Shown piece by piece: positions 30,894 through 40,843 of a stretch of DNA of 64,000 bases (position 1 is the stretch's first letter; every line of letters begins with the position of its first letter). A program made the translations under genes and the position numbers. This stretch comes from Halarcobacter sp. (lineage in GTDB: Bacteria; Campylobacterota; Campylobacteria; Campylobacterales; Arcobacteraceae): contig CP182352.1 in assembly GCA_048571215.1 (NCBI GenBank), positions 896,001 through 960,000 on the forward strand, read 5' to 3'. The notes beneath the pieces are model-generated. The model did no database searches, was not told the origin of the DNA, and saw only the letters and a program-made list of their open reading frames with translations.

Positions 30894-30995
30894 ATGGCAA
30901 AGGGTAAAGATATACAAAAATCAGTAAAAACAGCACCTGCAAAGTCTATGAAAGAAAAAAGAGCAGAAAAAAAAGCTAAAAAAGCTTCAAAATAG
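30894..30995 (+). CDS. 33-aa lysine-rich small protein (not in ORF track)
   Basis: AAGGAG RBS; MAKGKDIQKSVKTAPAKSMKEKRAEKKAKKASK. Confidence 0.8.
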   Translation: MAKGKDIQKSVKTAPAKSMKEKRAEKKAKKASK

Positions 30996-31153
30996 TCTAT
31001 TATTTATTTAATTTTAAAATTGATTATTTAGATATTTGTAAAAAATAAATTTTTATAGATAATTTTTTTCATATTTAAGGGTGCTTGGTATAGAATGTCA
31101 TATAAATAAATATTCATTCTTTATTGATAATAATTTTTAGGAGCCCCTTAATA

Positions 31154-32041
31154 ATGAAAGAAGATAAAGCTAGTTCTACTGCTTATACTGTTTTACATGG
31201 AATTTTGCATACAATAAAAAATCCAAAATTGAATCATTTAGTTGATAAAGAAACATCTGAAGCATGTATTAAAATACTTAGTGCGACTTCCCAAGGGCAA
31301 AAGTGTCTCGATGAGTTAGAAAATCCAATTAAAAGTAAAATACTTCCTTTTTTAGAGTGGTTATTAATGCCAGGAATTACCCTAAATTATATATTAAGAA
31401 AAAAATTTATAGAAGAAAAAGTTCTTGAAGCTATTGAAAATGGGATAACACAAGTTGTTAATATTGGAGCTGGATTTGATACTTTAGCCTGGAGACTTAG
31501 CAAAAGGTTTCCCTCTGTAAACTTCATTGAAATCGACCATCCAGCTACGAGCAAAGATAAAACTAAAGCTCTTAACGCTTCAGATTCTATATTATCAAAT
31601 CTTCATTTTATTGCAGCAGATCTTAGTAAAGTATCATTAGATGATACACTAACAGAGTGTAAAGGATTTGATTCTAAACTTAAAACACTGTATATCAGTG
31701 AAGGTGTATTGATGTATCTTGATGAGATTCATGTAAGTGGATTATTTGATTCTCTTAGAAAACTTACTGGCAAAGATAGTATTTTTATTTTTAGTTGTAT
31801 GGAACCCCATGAAAGTAGTAAGAATAATATTCGAATACTGCTACATCTTTATCTTAAACTTAAAAATGAAAGCTATCTTTGGTATAAACGTGATACTCAA
31901 TTACCTAGTTTTATTAAAAAACATAACTATACTCTTTTAGAGATGGCAGATAGTGAAGTTTATCGAAAAAAATATCTTCCAGAAGATTATAATGGAACCC
32001 TTCATCAAGGGGAATATATAGTTGTAACGAAAGTGGTTTAA
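31154..32041 (+). CDS. Class I SAM methyltransferase (LCM/TIGR00027-like)
   Basis: QVVNIGAGFDT, EID.P and SEGVLMYL; start set at the ATG after GGAG. Confidence 0.9.
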   Translation: MKEDKASSTAYTVLHGILHTIKNPKLNHLVDKETSEACIKILSATSQGQKCLDELENPIKSKILPFLEWLLMPGITLNYILRKKFIEEKVLEAIENGITQVVNIGAGFDTLAWRLSKRFPSVNFIEIDHPATSKDKTKALNASDSILSNLHFIAADLSKVSLDDTLTECKGFDSKLKTLYISEGVLMYLDEIHVSGLFDSLRKLTGKDSIFIFSCMEPHESSKNNIRILLHLYLKLKNESYLWYKRDTQLPSFIKKHNYTLLEMADSEVYRKKYLPEDYNGTLHQGEYIVVTKVV

Positions 32042-32042
32042 T

Positions 32043-32681
32043 ATGAAATATAATTTTATTCATGTAACAAATAATGAGATTTTAGACAAAGTTCATCGAT
32101 TTAGATACAAAGTTATGCACAATGAATTATCTTGGATTAAAGCCAATATTGATGGAAAAGAAACTGATATATATGATAATTATTGTAATCAGTTTGCTAT
32201 TTTGAATAGTGATGGTGAGATTTGTTGTACTATGCGCCTAATTCATCATTCTCCAATAGGTTATCCTACTGAAAGGTTTTTGGATATAAAAGAGCATTCT
32301 TTTCAACATAATAGGGATAAGTTAGCAGAAATGTCAAGAATATTTATAGATCCTAGATATAGAAATATGCGTGAAACTAAAATTTTTATTACTACTATTG
32401 TTAAAAGTCTTGCATATGAAAAGATTAAACAACATGGTATCGAACATTGTTATGGGATGTTGGAACAAAAGTTTTTGAAGCTTGTTAATATGTTCAAAAT
32501 ACCATATAAACCTATTGGAAAACTTGAACAAGATTATGATAAGTTTAAATATCCTAGTATACTACATGTACGTGAGTTAGAAAAACAAAATCCACAGCTT
32601 GAAAAATACTGGAATGAAAATAAAAATATCTCTGATTTACATTTGGACACAAAAATTAAACCAGAGCAAGTTAGTATATAA
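32043..32681 (+). CDS. GNAT acyltransferase of the LuxI / FeeM N-acyl amino acid synthase type
   Basis: RFRY.V...EL.W, E.D.YD, MRLI and AEMSR..I.P.YR. Confidence 0.8.
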   Translation: MKYNFIHVTNNEILDKVHRFRYKVMHNELSWIKANIDGKETDIYDNYCNQFAILNSDGEICCTMRLIHHSPIGYPTERFLDIKEHSFQHNRDKLAEMSRIFIDPRYRNMRETKIFITTIVKSLAYEKIKQHGIEHCYGMLEQKFLKLVNMFKIPYKPIGKLEQDYDKFKYPSILHVRELEKQNPQLEKYWNENKNISDLHLDTKIKPEQVSI

Positions 32682-32811
32682 ATGATTTATAAATAATCAG
32701 ATATTATTTATTTATTAAGAACAATTAAAGCAGTGAACAGTTTAGTTATGTTAATATAAATTATTAAGTACTTAATAAGCGTCAAGTACACATATATTTT
32801 ACTTATTTTAT

Positions 32812-35079
32812 ATGTTATTTATGAAAAGAAGACTTTTAAGCTTTTCAAATTTAGGGAGAAATAGTTTGCATCATAAGTTTTTTCGGAATTTTTTTAGTTC
32901 TAGCTCACTTTTATTCTTAAGCTTCACAAGTTTAAATGCTCAAAGTAATGATGTCTTAAACTCTATTTCTAACAATATAATTAATAGATTTAATAGGCTT
33001 GCAAGTATAACAAAACAAAATGAACACTATCCTCGCAATGATATTTTGAGTTCTATTACTAGTGATATGGATAGGTTTAATAGTGTTGCAACTATTACAA
33101 AACAAAATGAGCAGTATCAACCATATATTATATCTGTTTTTAAAGGAAAAGAGTTAGAAAAATTAGGTATATCAAATCTAAAAGAAGCACTTATGCTTGT
33201 TCCTGGAGTTGATATGGCTACTGATAACTTTAACAATCAAACCTCTATTTTTCGTGGTTCAAATTCCCTTGCTTATGGTCAAACAAAACTTTTTATTGAT
33301 GATGTATTAGTTAATAACCTTTTTTTTGATGCATATTCTGAATATCTTGCAATGCCAGTTGAGATGATAAAAAGGATAGAAGTTGTAAGGGGTCCTGGAA
33401 GTAAAACCAATGGAGTAAATGCTTATGCAGGATCAATAAACATAATAACTTATGCAGAAGATTTTGAAGGTTTTGAATCAAAAGATAAACTGATTTTTAA
33501 ATATGGTTCATATGATTATAGAATGGGTGGCTTTATTAAAAAATTTAAAACCGAAAATCTTGATGCTATGGTAGATTTTTATTATCAACAAGATAATAAG
33601 AAGCTTTATGCTGGTCCAGATGGTTATTCTCAAGGTTCTATGAGTATTCCAGCTCTTGGTTATGATAATACTGGTTTATCTCAAACAGGTGATGCACCAG
33701 TTTGGTTAAAAGATTACTCTTTAGGGCTTAATCTTAAATATAAAGACTTTTCTTTAAAGGGTCGCGTACTTGAACATTCTCAAGGTAGTGCATATGGTAT
33801 CAATTATTCTTTACCTCAAGATGATGATAGATTAAAATTGCCAAATTATTACCTTGAACTAGGTTATGATAAAAGTTTTGGTGATTATGAGATTGATATA
33901 AAAGCTGGGCTTAAATATGACTCCTTTGATTCTAAAGCAAAATTAGGTCCAGATGGTGTAGTTTTTATGGATTATCCTTTATATATTAATAGTAATAAAA
34001 CAATTATTAATGATGTTCAATTTCTTAATGGTATTTATGGAGAGCATTTAGCAAAACAAAGAACGCTATACCAATCAACTTATCTTACCTATAGTGGGTT
34101 TGAACAACATATTATTACTACAGGCTATAGGTTAATAAGAGAGGAGACTATAGATATGGTTTCAAAATTATCAAATTGGACCACAGGTGATGCTGCACTT
34201 GTGGATTATACAAATACTTTTCCTTTTTTTGATAAAAATGCAAAACGAAACATTCAAATACTCTCTTTGCAAGATGAATTTCAATACAGCAATAATTTAA
34301 GTTTTATCTATGGTTTTAATTATGAACAAACCTCTTATAAAGATGCAGGAATTGAACCTAGAATCTCAATGGTATATCAACAAGATTCAGAAAATATATA
34401 TAAAGCGATTTATAGTAGATCACACAGAAATCCATCATGGCAAGAGATGTTTACTGCAAACAATGAAGCAAGGACTGGTAGTACAGATCTAAAACCAGAA
34501 AAAGTAGATGCCTTTGAATTAGCATATATTAAGAAGTTTTCAAGTGATATATCCTTACAAACAAATTTTTTCTATTTGCAAAATAAAGATCAGATATATA
34601 ACTCTGCTACAGCCCCTTTATATAGAAATGCACTAGATACCGATATTTATGGTTTAGAACTTGAGTACTCTGGACATATAACTTCTTCAGATAAATTGTA
34701 TTTAAATTATTCTTATGTAACAGGTGATTCTAAGATTAAAACAACTGGTGTAGAAACAGATTTAACAAACGTGGCACATCATTTGGCAAAAGGATATTAT
34801 ATCTATAATTTAGATGATGATTTAAGTCTTAGTGGTATTTTAAAATATGTTAGTTCAAAAGATAGAATACCAGGGGATACTAGAAAAAAAGTACCTGCAT
34901 ATACTACTTTAGATACAACACTAAATTATGAAAACCATAAATATGATTATGATATTACATTTAGTATAAAAAATATTTTTGATACAAATGTTGTTTATCC
35001 ATCTACCCCAAATACTTATATTGAAGATTATGCCCAAGAGGGTAGAACCTTTTTAGTAAGTATAAGAAAGGAGTTTTAA
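32812..35079 (+). CDS. TonB-dependent receptor
   Basis: Plug motif IKRIEVVRGPGS...NAYAG.INIIT; C-terminal GRTF...Phe. Confidence 0.94.
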   Translation: MLFMKRRLLSFSNLGRNSLHHKFFRNFFSSSSLLFLSFTSLNAQSNDVLNSISNNIINRFNRLASITKQNEHYPRNDILSSITSDMDRFNSVATITKQNEQYQPYIISVFKGKELEKLGISNLKEALMLVPGVDMATDNFNNQTSIFRGSNSLAYGQTKLFIDDVLVNNLFFDAYSEYLAMPVEMIKRIEVVRGPGSKTNGVNAYAGSINIITYAEDFEGFESKDKLIFKYGSYDYRMGGFIKKFKTENLDAMVDFYYQQDNKKLYAGPDGYSQGSMSIPALGYDNTGLSQTGDAPVWLKDYSLGLNLKYKDFSLKGRVLEHSQGSAYGINYSLPQDDDRLKLPNYYLELGYDKSFGDYEIDIKAGLKYDSFDSKAKLGPDGVVFMDYPLYINSNKTIINDVQFLNGIYGEHLAKQRTLYQSTYLTYSGFEQHIITTGYRLIREETIDMVSKLSNWTTGDAALVDYTNTFPFFDKNAKRNIQILSLQDEFQYSNNLSFIYGFNYEQTSYKDAGIEPRISMVYQQDSENIYKAIYSRSHRNPSWQEMFTANNEARTGSTDLKPEKVDAFELAYIKKFSSDISLQTNFFYLQNKDQIYNSATAPLYRNALDTDIYGLELEYSGHITSSDKLYLNYSYVTGDSKIKTTGVETDLTNVAHHLAKGYYIYNLDDDLSLSGILKYVSSKDRIPGDTRKKVPAYTTLDTTLNYENHKYDYDITFSIKNIFDTNVVYPSTPNTYIEDYAQEGRTFLVSIRKEF

Positions 35080-35712
35080 ATGAAAAAAATTGTTTTTCTT
35101 TATTTAATTCTCATTAGTATTGCTTTTGGCTATAACTATGATGATGTTGTACTAAAAGCCCAAGCCTCTATTTTCCCCAAAGTTATTCTTTTAGATAAAA
35201 AAATAGAAGATAAACTTATTGATGGTAAAATAGTTTACACTATAGTTTATGATAAAACAGATTATATTACAGCTTTATCTATTAAAGAATTTATTAATAA
35301 AAACTTTCAAGGACATTTAGATACTTATGATTATAAGGTAAATTTAGTAGATTTTAGAGATTTTACACTTGAAACAAAAACCTCTGCAATTTATGTACTT
35401 AATCTAAGTAAAAATGTTGAAGAAATAGCAAATATAGCTAACGAAAAAGGGATTATCTCTTTTTCATATGATATTAATAATCTAAAAAAAGGTTTGATGT
35501 TTTCTTTAGTGATTGAGAAATCAACTGTGTTGTATCTAAAAAAAGAGATTTTACTTACTAAAAAAATAGATTTTGTAGATGCTTTATTGCAAATGGTTCA
35601 ATTTGTTGAAAAAGATTATACAGATCAAATAGATAAACAATATTATAACAATATCAATGCAAAAAAATATTATGCAAGTTTATTTTATAATCAAAAAAGT
35701 AGTATTGAGTAA
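35080..35712 (+). CDS. YfiR/DUF4154-like periplasmic protein
   Basis: Signal peptide, size and position between a TonB receptor and a HAMP-GGDEF gene. Confidence 0.6.
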   Translation: MKKIVFLYLILISIAFGYNYDDVVLKAQASIFPKVILLDKKIEDKLIDGKIVYTIVYDKTDYITALSIKEFINKNFQGHLDTYDYKVNLVDFRDFTLETKTSAIYVLNLSKNVEEIANIANEKGIISFSYDINNLKKGLMFSLVIEKSTVLYLKKEILLTKKIDFVDALLQMVQFVEKDYTDQIDKQYYNNINAKKYYASLFYNQKSSIE

Positions 35713-35720
35713 GTTTAATA

Positions 35721-37658
35721 ATGCCAAAAGAAACAAAATCACTTTCTAGTAAAATTGTTTTTTTAATAACAATTATAACTTTAGTCTCTTTTTTACTTAT
35801 TTTTAGTGTTTTTGAAAAAATAAATAAAGAAGCATTTTACAATGTAGAAACTGAAAAAGCAAAATTGGTACTAAATACTGTTGAACCTCTAATAGCACTA
35901 AATATTTATTTAAATCTAAATAATAAAATTGAACAACTAACTAAACAACTTGTTTCAAATCCAAATATATTAGCTATAAAAGTACTAGCAGGTGATAAGA
36001 TAATCAATGAAAGAAAATCAAAAGAGTATGAAAGTAATATTGATGATTCTTTTATTGTTGAAGATCTTATTTATCAACCTAATTCTAAAAAAGAGATAGG
36101 GAAGTTGATTCTTACTTATTCTAATAAGAACTATAATGAATTGATAAATAAATATACTACACTTTTAATGAAGGTGCTTATTTTATTTGGGGTAGTTTTT
36201 ATAATTTTTAGTTTATATGTAAAAAGATTACTTTCCCCTTTACGACAAATTGCAAAGTTACTTAGGGACTATTCTCCTGATAATAATATAAATATACCAT
36301 TTGATGATCAAAATAATGAGATAGGTTTTATTTCAAATGCTTTAAATAATATGCATCATAGAATTGCTCAGTATTCAAAGCAACAAAAAAATATCAATAA
36401 GTATCTTGAAGAAAAAGTGGATGAAAAAACTATTGAGTTGCGTAAACAATTATATACAAATTCACTTACGGGGCTACCTAATAGAAGAACTCTTTTAGAA
36501 GATATTAATCATTATGATGATGGTGCCTTGTTGATAATTAATATTGATGATTTTAAAGAGATTAATGATTTTTTTGGGCATGCTGTAGGGGATAAAATTC
36601 TTATAGCTTTTTCAAAAAAACTATCAGAGATTAATATAAAAGAAGATAATACTAACTTGATACATTTATCTGGTGATGAGTTTGCTTTATTTTTTTTAAG
36701 AAAGCCTTCAAAGAAAGAGTTTATAAAGTTTGCACAAAAACTTATTGAAAATATTGAAAAAATAGTTTTTCACCATGAGTCTAATGAATTATCATTAAGA
36801 GTAACTATTGGAGCTACTTATCAAGCACAAGAGGCTTTAGAAAAAGCTGATATTGCTTTGAAGTCGGCAAAAAAACAAAATAAAGATTTTTTACTATATG
36901 ATGAGACTTTTAATGTAGAACAACAATATAGAAATAATATGGAGTGGACAAAAAAACTTAACTGGGCTATTGAAAACGATAAAATTGTACCTTTTTATCA
37001 ACTTATATTTGATAATAAAACAAATAAGATTACAAGTGCTGAATGTCTGATTCGTATGATTGATAAAGAAGATAATATAATCACTCCTTATCATTTTTTA
37101 TTGATTGCAAAAAAAAGTAAACTTTATTATAAATTGACAAAAATTATGATTCAAAAATCTTGTCAATATTTTCAACATTTAGATTGTGATTTTTCTATTA
37201 ATTTATCAGTTGAGGATTTATTGGATAGAGAGATAGTAGAATTTATTACATATAATATAAAAAAATACAATGTAAATAGAAAAATTGTATTTGAACTTCT
37301 AGAAACAGAAGGTATTGAAAATTATGAAGAGGTTTCCTCTTTTATTAATGAGATGAAATTTTTGGGTTGTAGAATTGCTATAGATGATTTTGGTTCAGGA
37401 TATTCAAATTTTGAGTATCTACTACAACTTAATATAGACTATATTAAAATAGATGGTTCTTTGATAAAAAATCTTGATAAAGATAAAAATGCTCAAATTG
37501 TAGTAGAAACAATTGTTAGTTTTGCTAAAAAACTTAATATTATTGTTGTGGCAGAGTATGTTCATAGTGAAGCTGTTTATGAAAAAGTAAAAGAGTTGAA
37601 TATCGATCGTTCACAAGGATTTTTACTTGCTAAACCTGAAGAAAGTATTACTTTATAA
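35721..37658 (+). CDS. Membrane-bound HAMP-GGDEF-EAL c-di-GMP enzyme
   Basis: LTGLPNR, SGDEF, ECL.R and DDFGSGYS. Confidence 0.95.
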   Translation: MPKETKSLSSKIVFLITIITLVSFLLIFSVFEKINKEAFYNVETEKAKLVLNTVEPLIALNIYLNLNNKIEQLTKQLVSNPNILAIKVLAGDKIINERKSKEYESNIDDSFIVEDLIYQPNSKKEIGKLILTYSNKNYNELINKYTTLLMKVLILFGVVFIIFSLYVKRLLSPLRQIAKLLRDYSPDNNINIPFDDQNNEIGFISNALNNMHHRIAQYSKQQKNINKYLEEKVDEKTIELRKQLYTNSLTGLPNRRTLLEDINHYDDGALLIINIDDFKEINDFFGHAVGDKILIAFSKKLSEINIKEDNTNLIHLSGDEFALFFLRKPSKKEFIKFAQKLIENIEKIVFHHESNELSLRVTIGATYQAQEALEKADIALKSAKKQNKDFLLYDETFNVEQQYRNNMEWTKKLNWAIENDKIVPFYQLIFDNKTNKITSAECLIRMIDKEDNIITPYHFLLIAKKSKLYYKLTKIMIQKSCQYFQHLDCDFSINLSVEDLLDREIVEFITYNIKKYNVNRKIVFELLETEGIENYEEVSSFINEMKFLGCRIAIDDFGSGYSNFEYLLQLNIDYIKIDGSLIKNLDKDKNAQIVVETIVSFAKKLNIIVVAEYVHSEAVYEKVKELNIDRSQGFLLAKPEESITL

Positions 37659-37670
37659 ATAAATAGTTTA

Positions 37671-37745
37671 ATGGGTATTAATCCTTTATATCAAAATATT
37701 GGTGATGAATTAAACTTAGGTAAAATCCTTATTCTCAAAGATTAA
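37671..37745 (+). pseudogene. 5' remnant of a paralogue of the phosphotransferase at 28423
   Basis: MGINPLYQNIGDELNLGKI vs MESSDVLYQKIADEFNLGKI. Confidence 0.65.
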
Positions 37746-37788
37746 CAAACTAGGCATTAATTTATTTAAAAGCTAAAGTACTAGATGG

Positions 37789-38652
37789 TTAGATTTTAAG
37801 CTTATATTGTTTTATAAAAAAATGATGTAAGTATAAAGAGAAGGCTATAACAATACTTCCTAAAATCAATAAAAGATAATTTGTTTGTTTATCCCAAATA
37901 AAAAGATTTACAATAAGTCCTACTGGAACCAAAGCATTATTCATAATAGCTAGTACACCTGCATCAACTTCACATGCACCTTTATTCCATAGAAAATATC
38001 CTAGTCCTGATGCTACAACTCCTAACCAAATTAAAACAGCCCATTGGATTAAAGTAGGTGATAGTTTGTCAGGATTTGCAAACATAATAAAGGCAAGTAT
38101 ACTTACACATAAAGCACCCAAATGAAAATACCCAAATACTTCACTTTGTTTAATATCTTGATATGATTCCATAAGCTTTTTATATGAACTTTGACCTATA
38201 GCAAAACTGATATTTGCACCTTGTACCATCAAAAAACCTATGATAAAATCTTCATTTATGTTATGGTATCTAATAATATATGCCCCTAAAACTGCAAGAC
38301 CTGTACTGATTAGATATAAGGGTTTAAATTGACCTTTAAGTGCATCATAAATCAAAGTTATATAAATGGGAGTAAAAATTGTAAAAAGTAATACCTCTGG
38401 AACACTTAAAAATAAAAAAGATTTGTAGAAAAAAATATACATTATACCTATTTGGATACTACCTATAAACATCAATTTAAGCTTTAGTTTTGTGTCAATA
38501 CCTTTAAATTTTGTTAAAGGCAAAAAGATAAGTGAAGCTAAGATAACTCGAATCAATACTGCAAAATAACTATCAATTCGTCCTGCTAAAATCTCACCTA
38601 TAAAACTAAATGAAAATGCCCAAATAAGAGTTATAATAACTAAATAGCGCAT
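37789..38652 (-). CDS. DMT transporter (YigM/BioP-like)
   Basis: IWAFSFS.IGE.LAG, VPEVLLFTIFTP and SGLGYFLWNKGA. Confidence 0.9.
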   Translation of the reverse strand: MRYLVIITLIWAFSFSFIGEILAGRIDSYFAVLIRVILASLIFLPLTKFKGIDTKLKLKLMFIGSIQIGIMYIFFYKSFLFLSVPEVLLFTIFTPIYITLIYDALKGQFKPLYLISTGLAVLGAYIIRYHNINEDFIIGFLMVQGANISFAIGQSSYKKLMESYQDIKQSEVFGYFHLGALCVSILAFIMFANPDKLSPTLIQWAVLIWLGVVASGLGYFLWNKGACEVDAGVLAIMNNALVPVGLIVNLFIWDKQTNYLLLILGSIVIAFSLYLHHFFIKQYKLKI

Positions 38653-38730
38653 ATATATCCTTCAAAAAAATAAAGCTGACACTATACCATGGATATTATT
38701 AAATAGTCAAAATTATAATAGAATATTACA

Positions 38731-40641
38731 CTATTTAGGAATATATATACTAAAACACGCGCCATCTTTCATATTATTAACGCAGATTTTTCCATTCATA
38801 TATTTTTCAATAACTATTTTACTCATGTAAAGTCCAAGTCCTGTACCATTTAATTCATTTTTTGTACTAAAATATGGGTTAAAAATATTATTTATAATAG
38901 CATTGTCTATACCACCTGCATTATCACAAATTTTTATCTCAATATTTTCATTTTTCTCTTCAATCAATATTATGATTAGTTTTTTTTCTTTTTCATTCTT
39001 TTGGAAAGCTTCTTTTGAATTATTTATTAAGTTAAGTAACACTTGCATCAACTCTTCTTTATGGGTGTAGATTGTTGATTCACATCTATTTTTTATGACT
39101 AGTTGAATATCGTTATCTTTTAGGTTTAAATCTATAATCTTTTTTGTATTTTGTATTATAGTTTCAATAGATATTTTCTCTTTATCTTTTTCAGGAGTGA
39201 AGTAGTTTCTAAAATCATCTATTATTTGAGATAAACTTGATGATTCTTCTAAAATAGATTTAACATTTTTAAGCATACTCTCTTCATCTAAACAGTCAAG
39301 TTCTACATCTGCTATGATATTATTTGCATTCATTGAGATTAAGTTTAGAGGTTGTCTCCATTGGTGGGCAACCATATTTAGTATCTCACCCATTGCTGCA
39401 TTTCGTGATTGTGTTATCATAATCTCATCTTTTTCTTGAAGCTCTTTTGTTGAAACATGAATTAGGTGAGATAATGCTTGTACTGTTGAACTTTCATTTT
39501 CCCCAATATCAGCTATAATCTTTTTTTTATTTAAAGTTGGAGATTCACTTATGGCTAGTATTGTCATACTTTGGTTTAGAAGCTCTTTGTTTTCATAAGT
39601 GGAAAAAAATTCACCATAGGTATAAAAACCGCTTGTTGGTGCAATTTGATTATACATAAGTGTTTCACTTTCAATTTTATCAGGCATAAATCTTCTTCTT
39701 GCCATACAAGAATAGATAAATATACTTTCAATAGCTTGATTATATAGTTTATCAATATGGTGTTGTGTATTACCAAGTATTGCATCTGCTTGACCATAAC
39801 CAAATCTTACTTCATCTTCCTCTTCTAGGTTACCTGCAAATATCAATGAGCCATCATCATTTTTCCCGATTACTGCCCTTGCGATAGTGATACCATTTTT
39901 TTCTAAAATCAATGGAAATTCAATACCAATATGTGGTAGATTTTTACTTATATCTCCACCAAGATAATAGTTATATGTTTCTAAGGCTGTTTTATTATTT
40001 ATTGTATAGACTCTATTTTTATCAGCTTTTGTGATTTTTAATTTTTGACCAATTGGGTGCCAGTTAAAACTATAATCAGTAAATACTTTTAATTCAAAGC
40101 TACTTAAAGATATTCCAACAACTCCATTTAAATATATTGTATCTTTTGTAAACACATAAGTTTGTGTAAACATAGCATTATCACCAGCTAGACCACCCGC
40201 AACTATAATTGTTTTATTAATGGAATGGATCCCTTTAAGATACTCTTCACCATTTCCTAAAAGTCCATCAATAAAAGAGATAATTACTTTACTATCTTCT
40301 TTAATAATATTAGTAGCTAAATTGGCTCCAGCTTCAAAATAATTATCAAATTTATTAGAGATATATGTGTTTAAGCTTACTTTTTCAAATATTGTAAAAC
40401 TAATTACAGCTGAATTAATACTTACTTCACCATCCTTAATCTCTCCATCTGTAGTTGAACCTATCAAAGATGCTAAAGGGAAATTCATTGAAAAAAATTC
40501 TGTTAAATTTTTGATAAAAGTATAATCATTTTTAGAGGTAAATACTTGAATTAAAAGTTTTGAAGAGTCTTGAATATTATTTTTTTTTATAAAATTATTT
40601 AAATCATCATTTGAACTATAATAAGTATTTATCGTTTTCAT
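38731..40641 (-). CDS. FIST-domain sensor histidine kinase
   Basis: GGLAGD, SCMARR, GFYTYGE and VAHQWRQPL. Confidence 0.93.
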   Translation of the reverse strand: MKTINTYYSSNDDLNNFIKKNNIQDSSKLLIQVFTSKNDYTFIKNLTEFFSMNFPLASLIGSTTDGEIKDGEVSINSAVISFTIFEKVSLNTYISNKFDNYFEAGANLATNIIKEDSKVIISFIDGLLGNGEEYLKGIHSINKTIIVAGGLAGDNAMFTQTYVFTKDTIYLNGVVGISLSSFELKVFTDYSFNWHPIGQKLKITKADKNRVYTINNKTALETYNYYLGGDISKNLPHIGIEFPLILEKNGITIARAVIGKNDDGSLIFAGNLEEEDEVRFGYGQADAILGNTQHHIDKLYNQAIESIFIYSCMARRRFMPDKIESETLMYNQIAPTSGFYTYGEFFSTYENKELLNQSMTILAISESPTLNKKKIIADIGENESSTVQALSHLIHVSTKELQEKDEIMITQSRNAAMGEILNMVAHQWRQPLNLISMNANNIIADVELDCLDEESMLKNVKSILEESSSLSQIIDDFRNYFTPEKDKEKISIETIIQNTKKIIDLNLKDNDIQLVIKNRCESTIYTHKEELMQVLLNLINNSKEAFQKNEKEKKLIIILIEEKNENIEIKICDNAGGIDNAIINNIFNPYFSTKNELNGTGLGLYMSKIVIEKYMNGKICVNNMKDGACFSIYIPK

Positions 40642-40843
40642 CTTATTAGCCTTTGTAATATTTTATAAAAAAAATCATTTAAGTTTAATTATTATTAGAA
40701 GCTTACTAAATAGTTAAGTTTTAGTAGATTTATAAATTTTTTAAAGGAATCATATAAAAAAAATATTTTTTATTTTATACACAAAAATAAAAAAAGATAC
40801 TATAATAATTTATATAGTTATTCTTATATCAAAGGAGTAGAAA

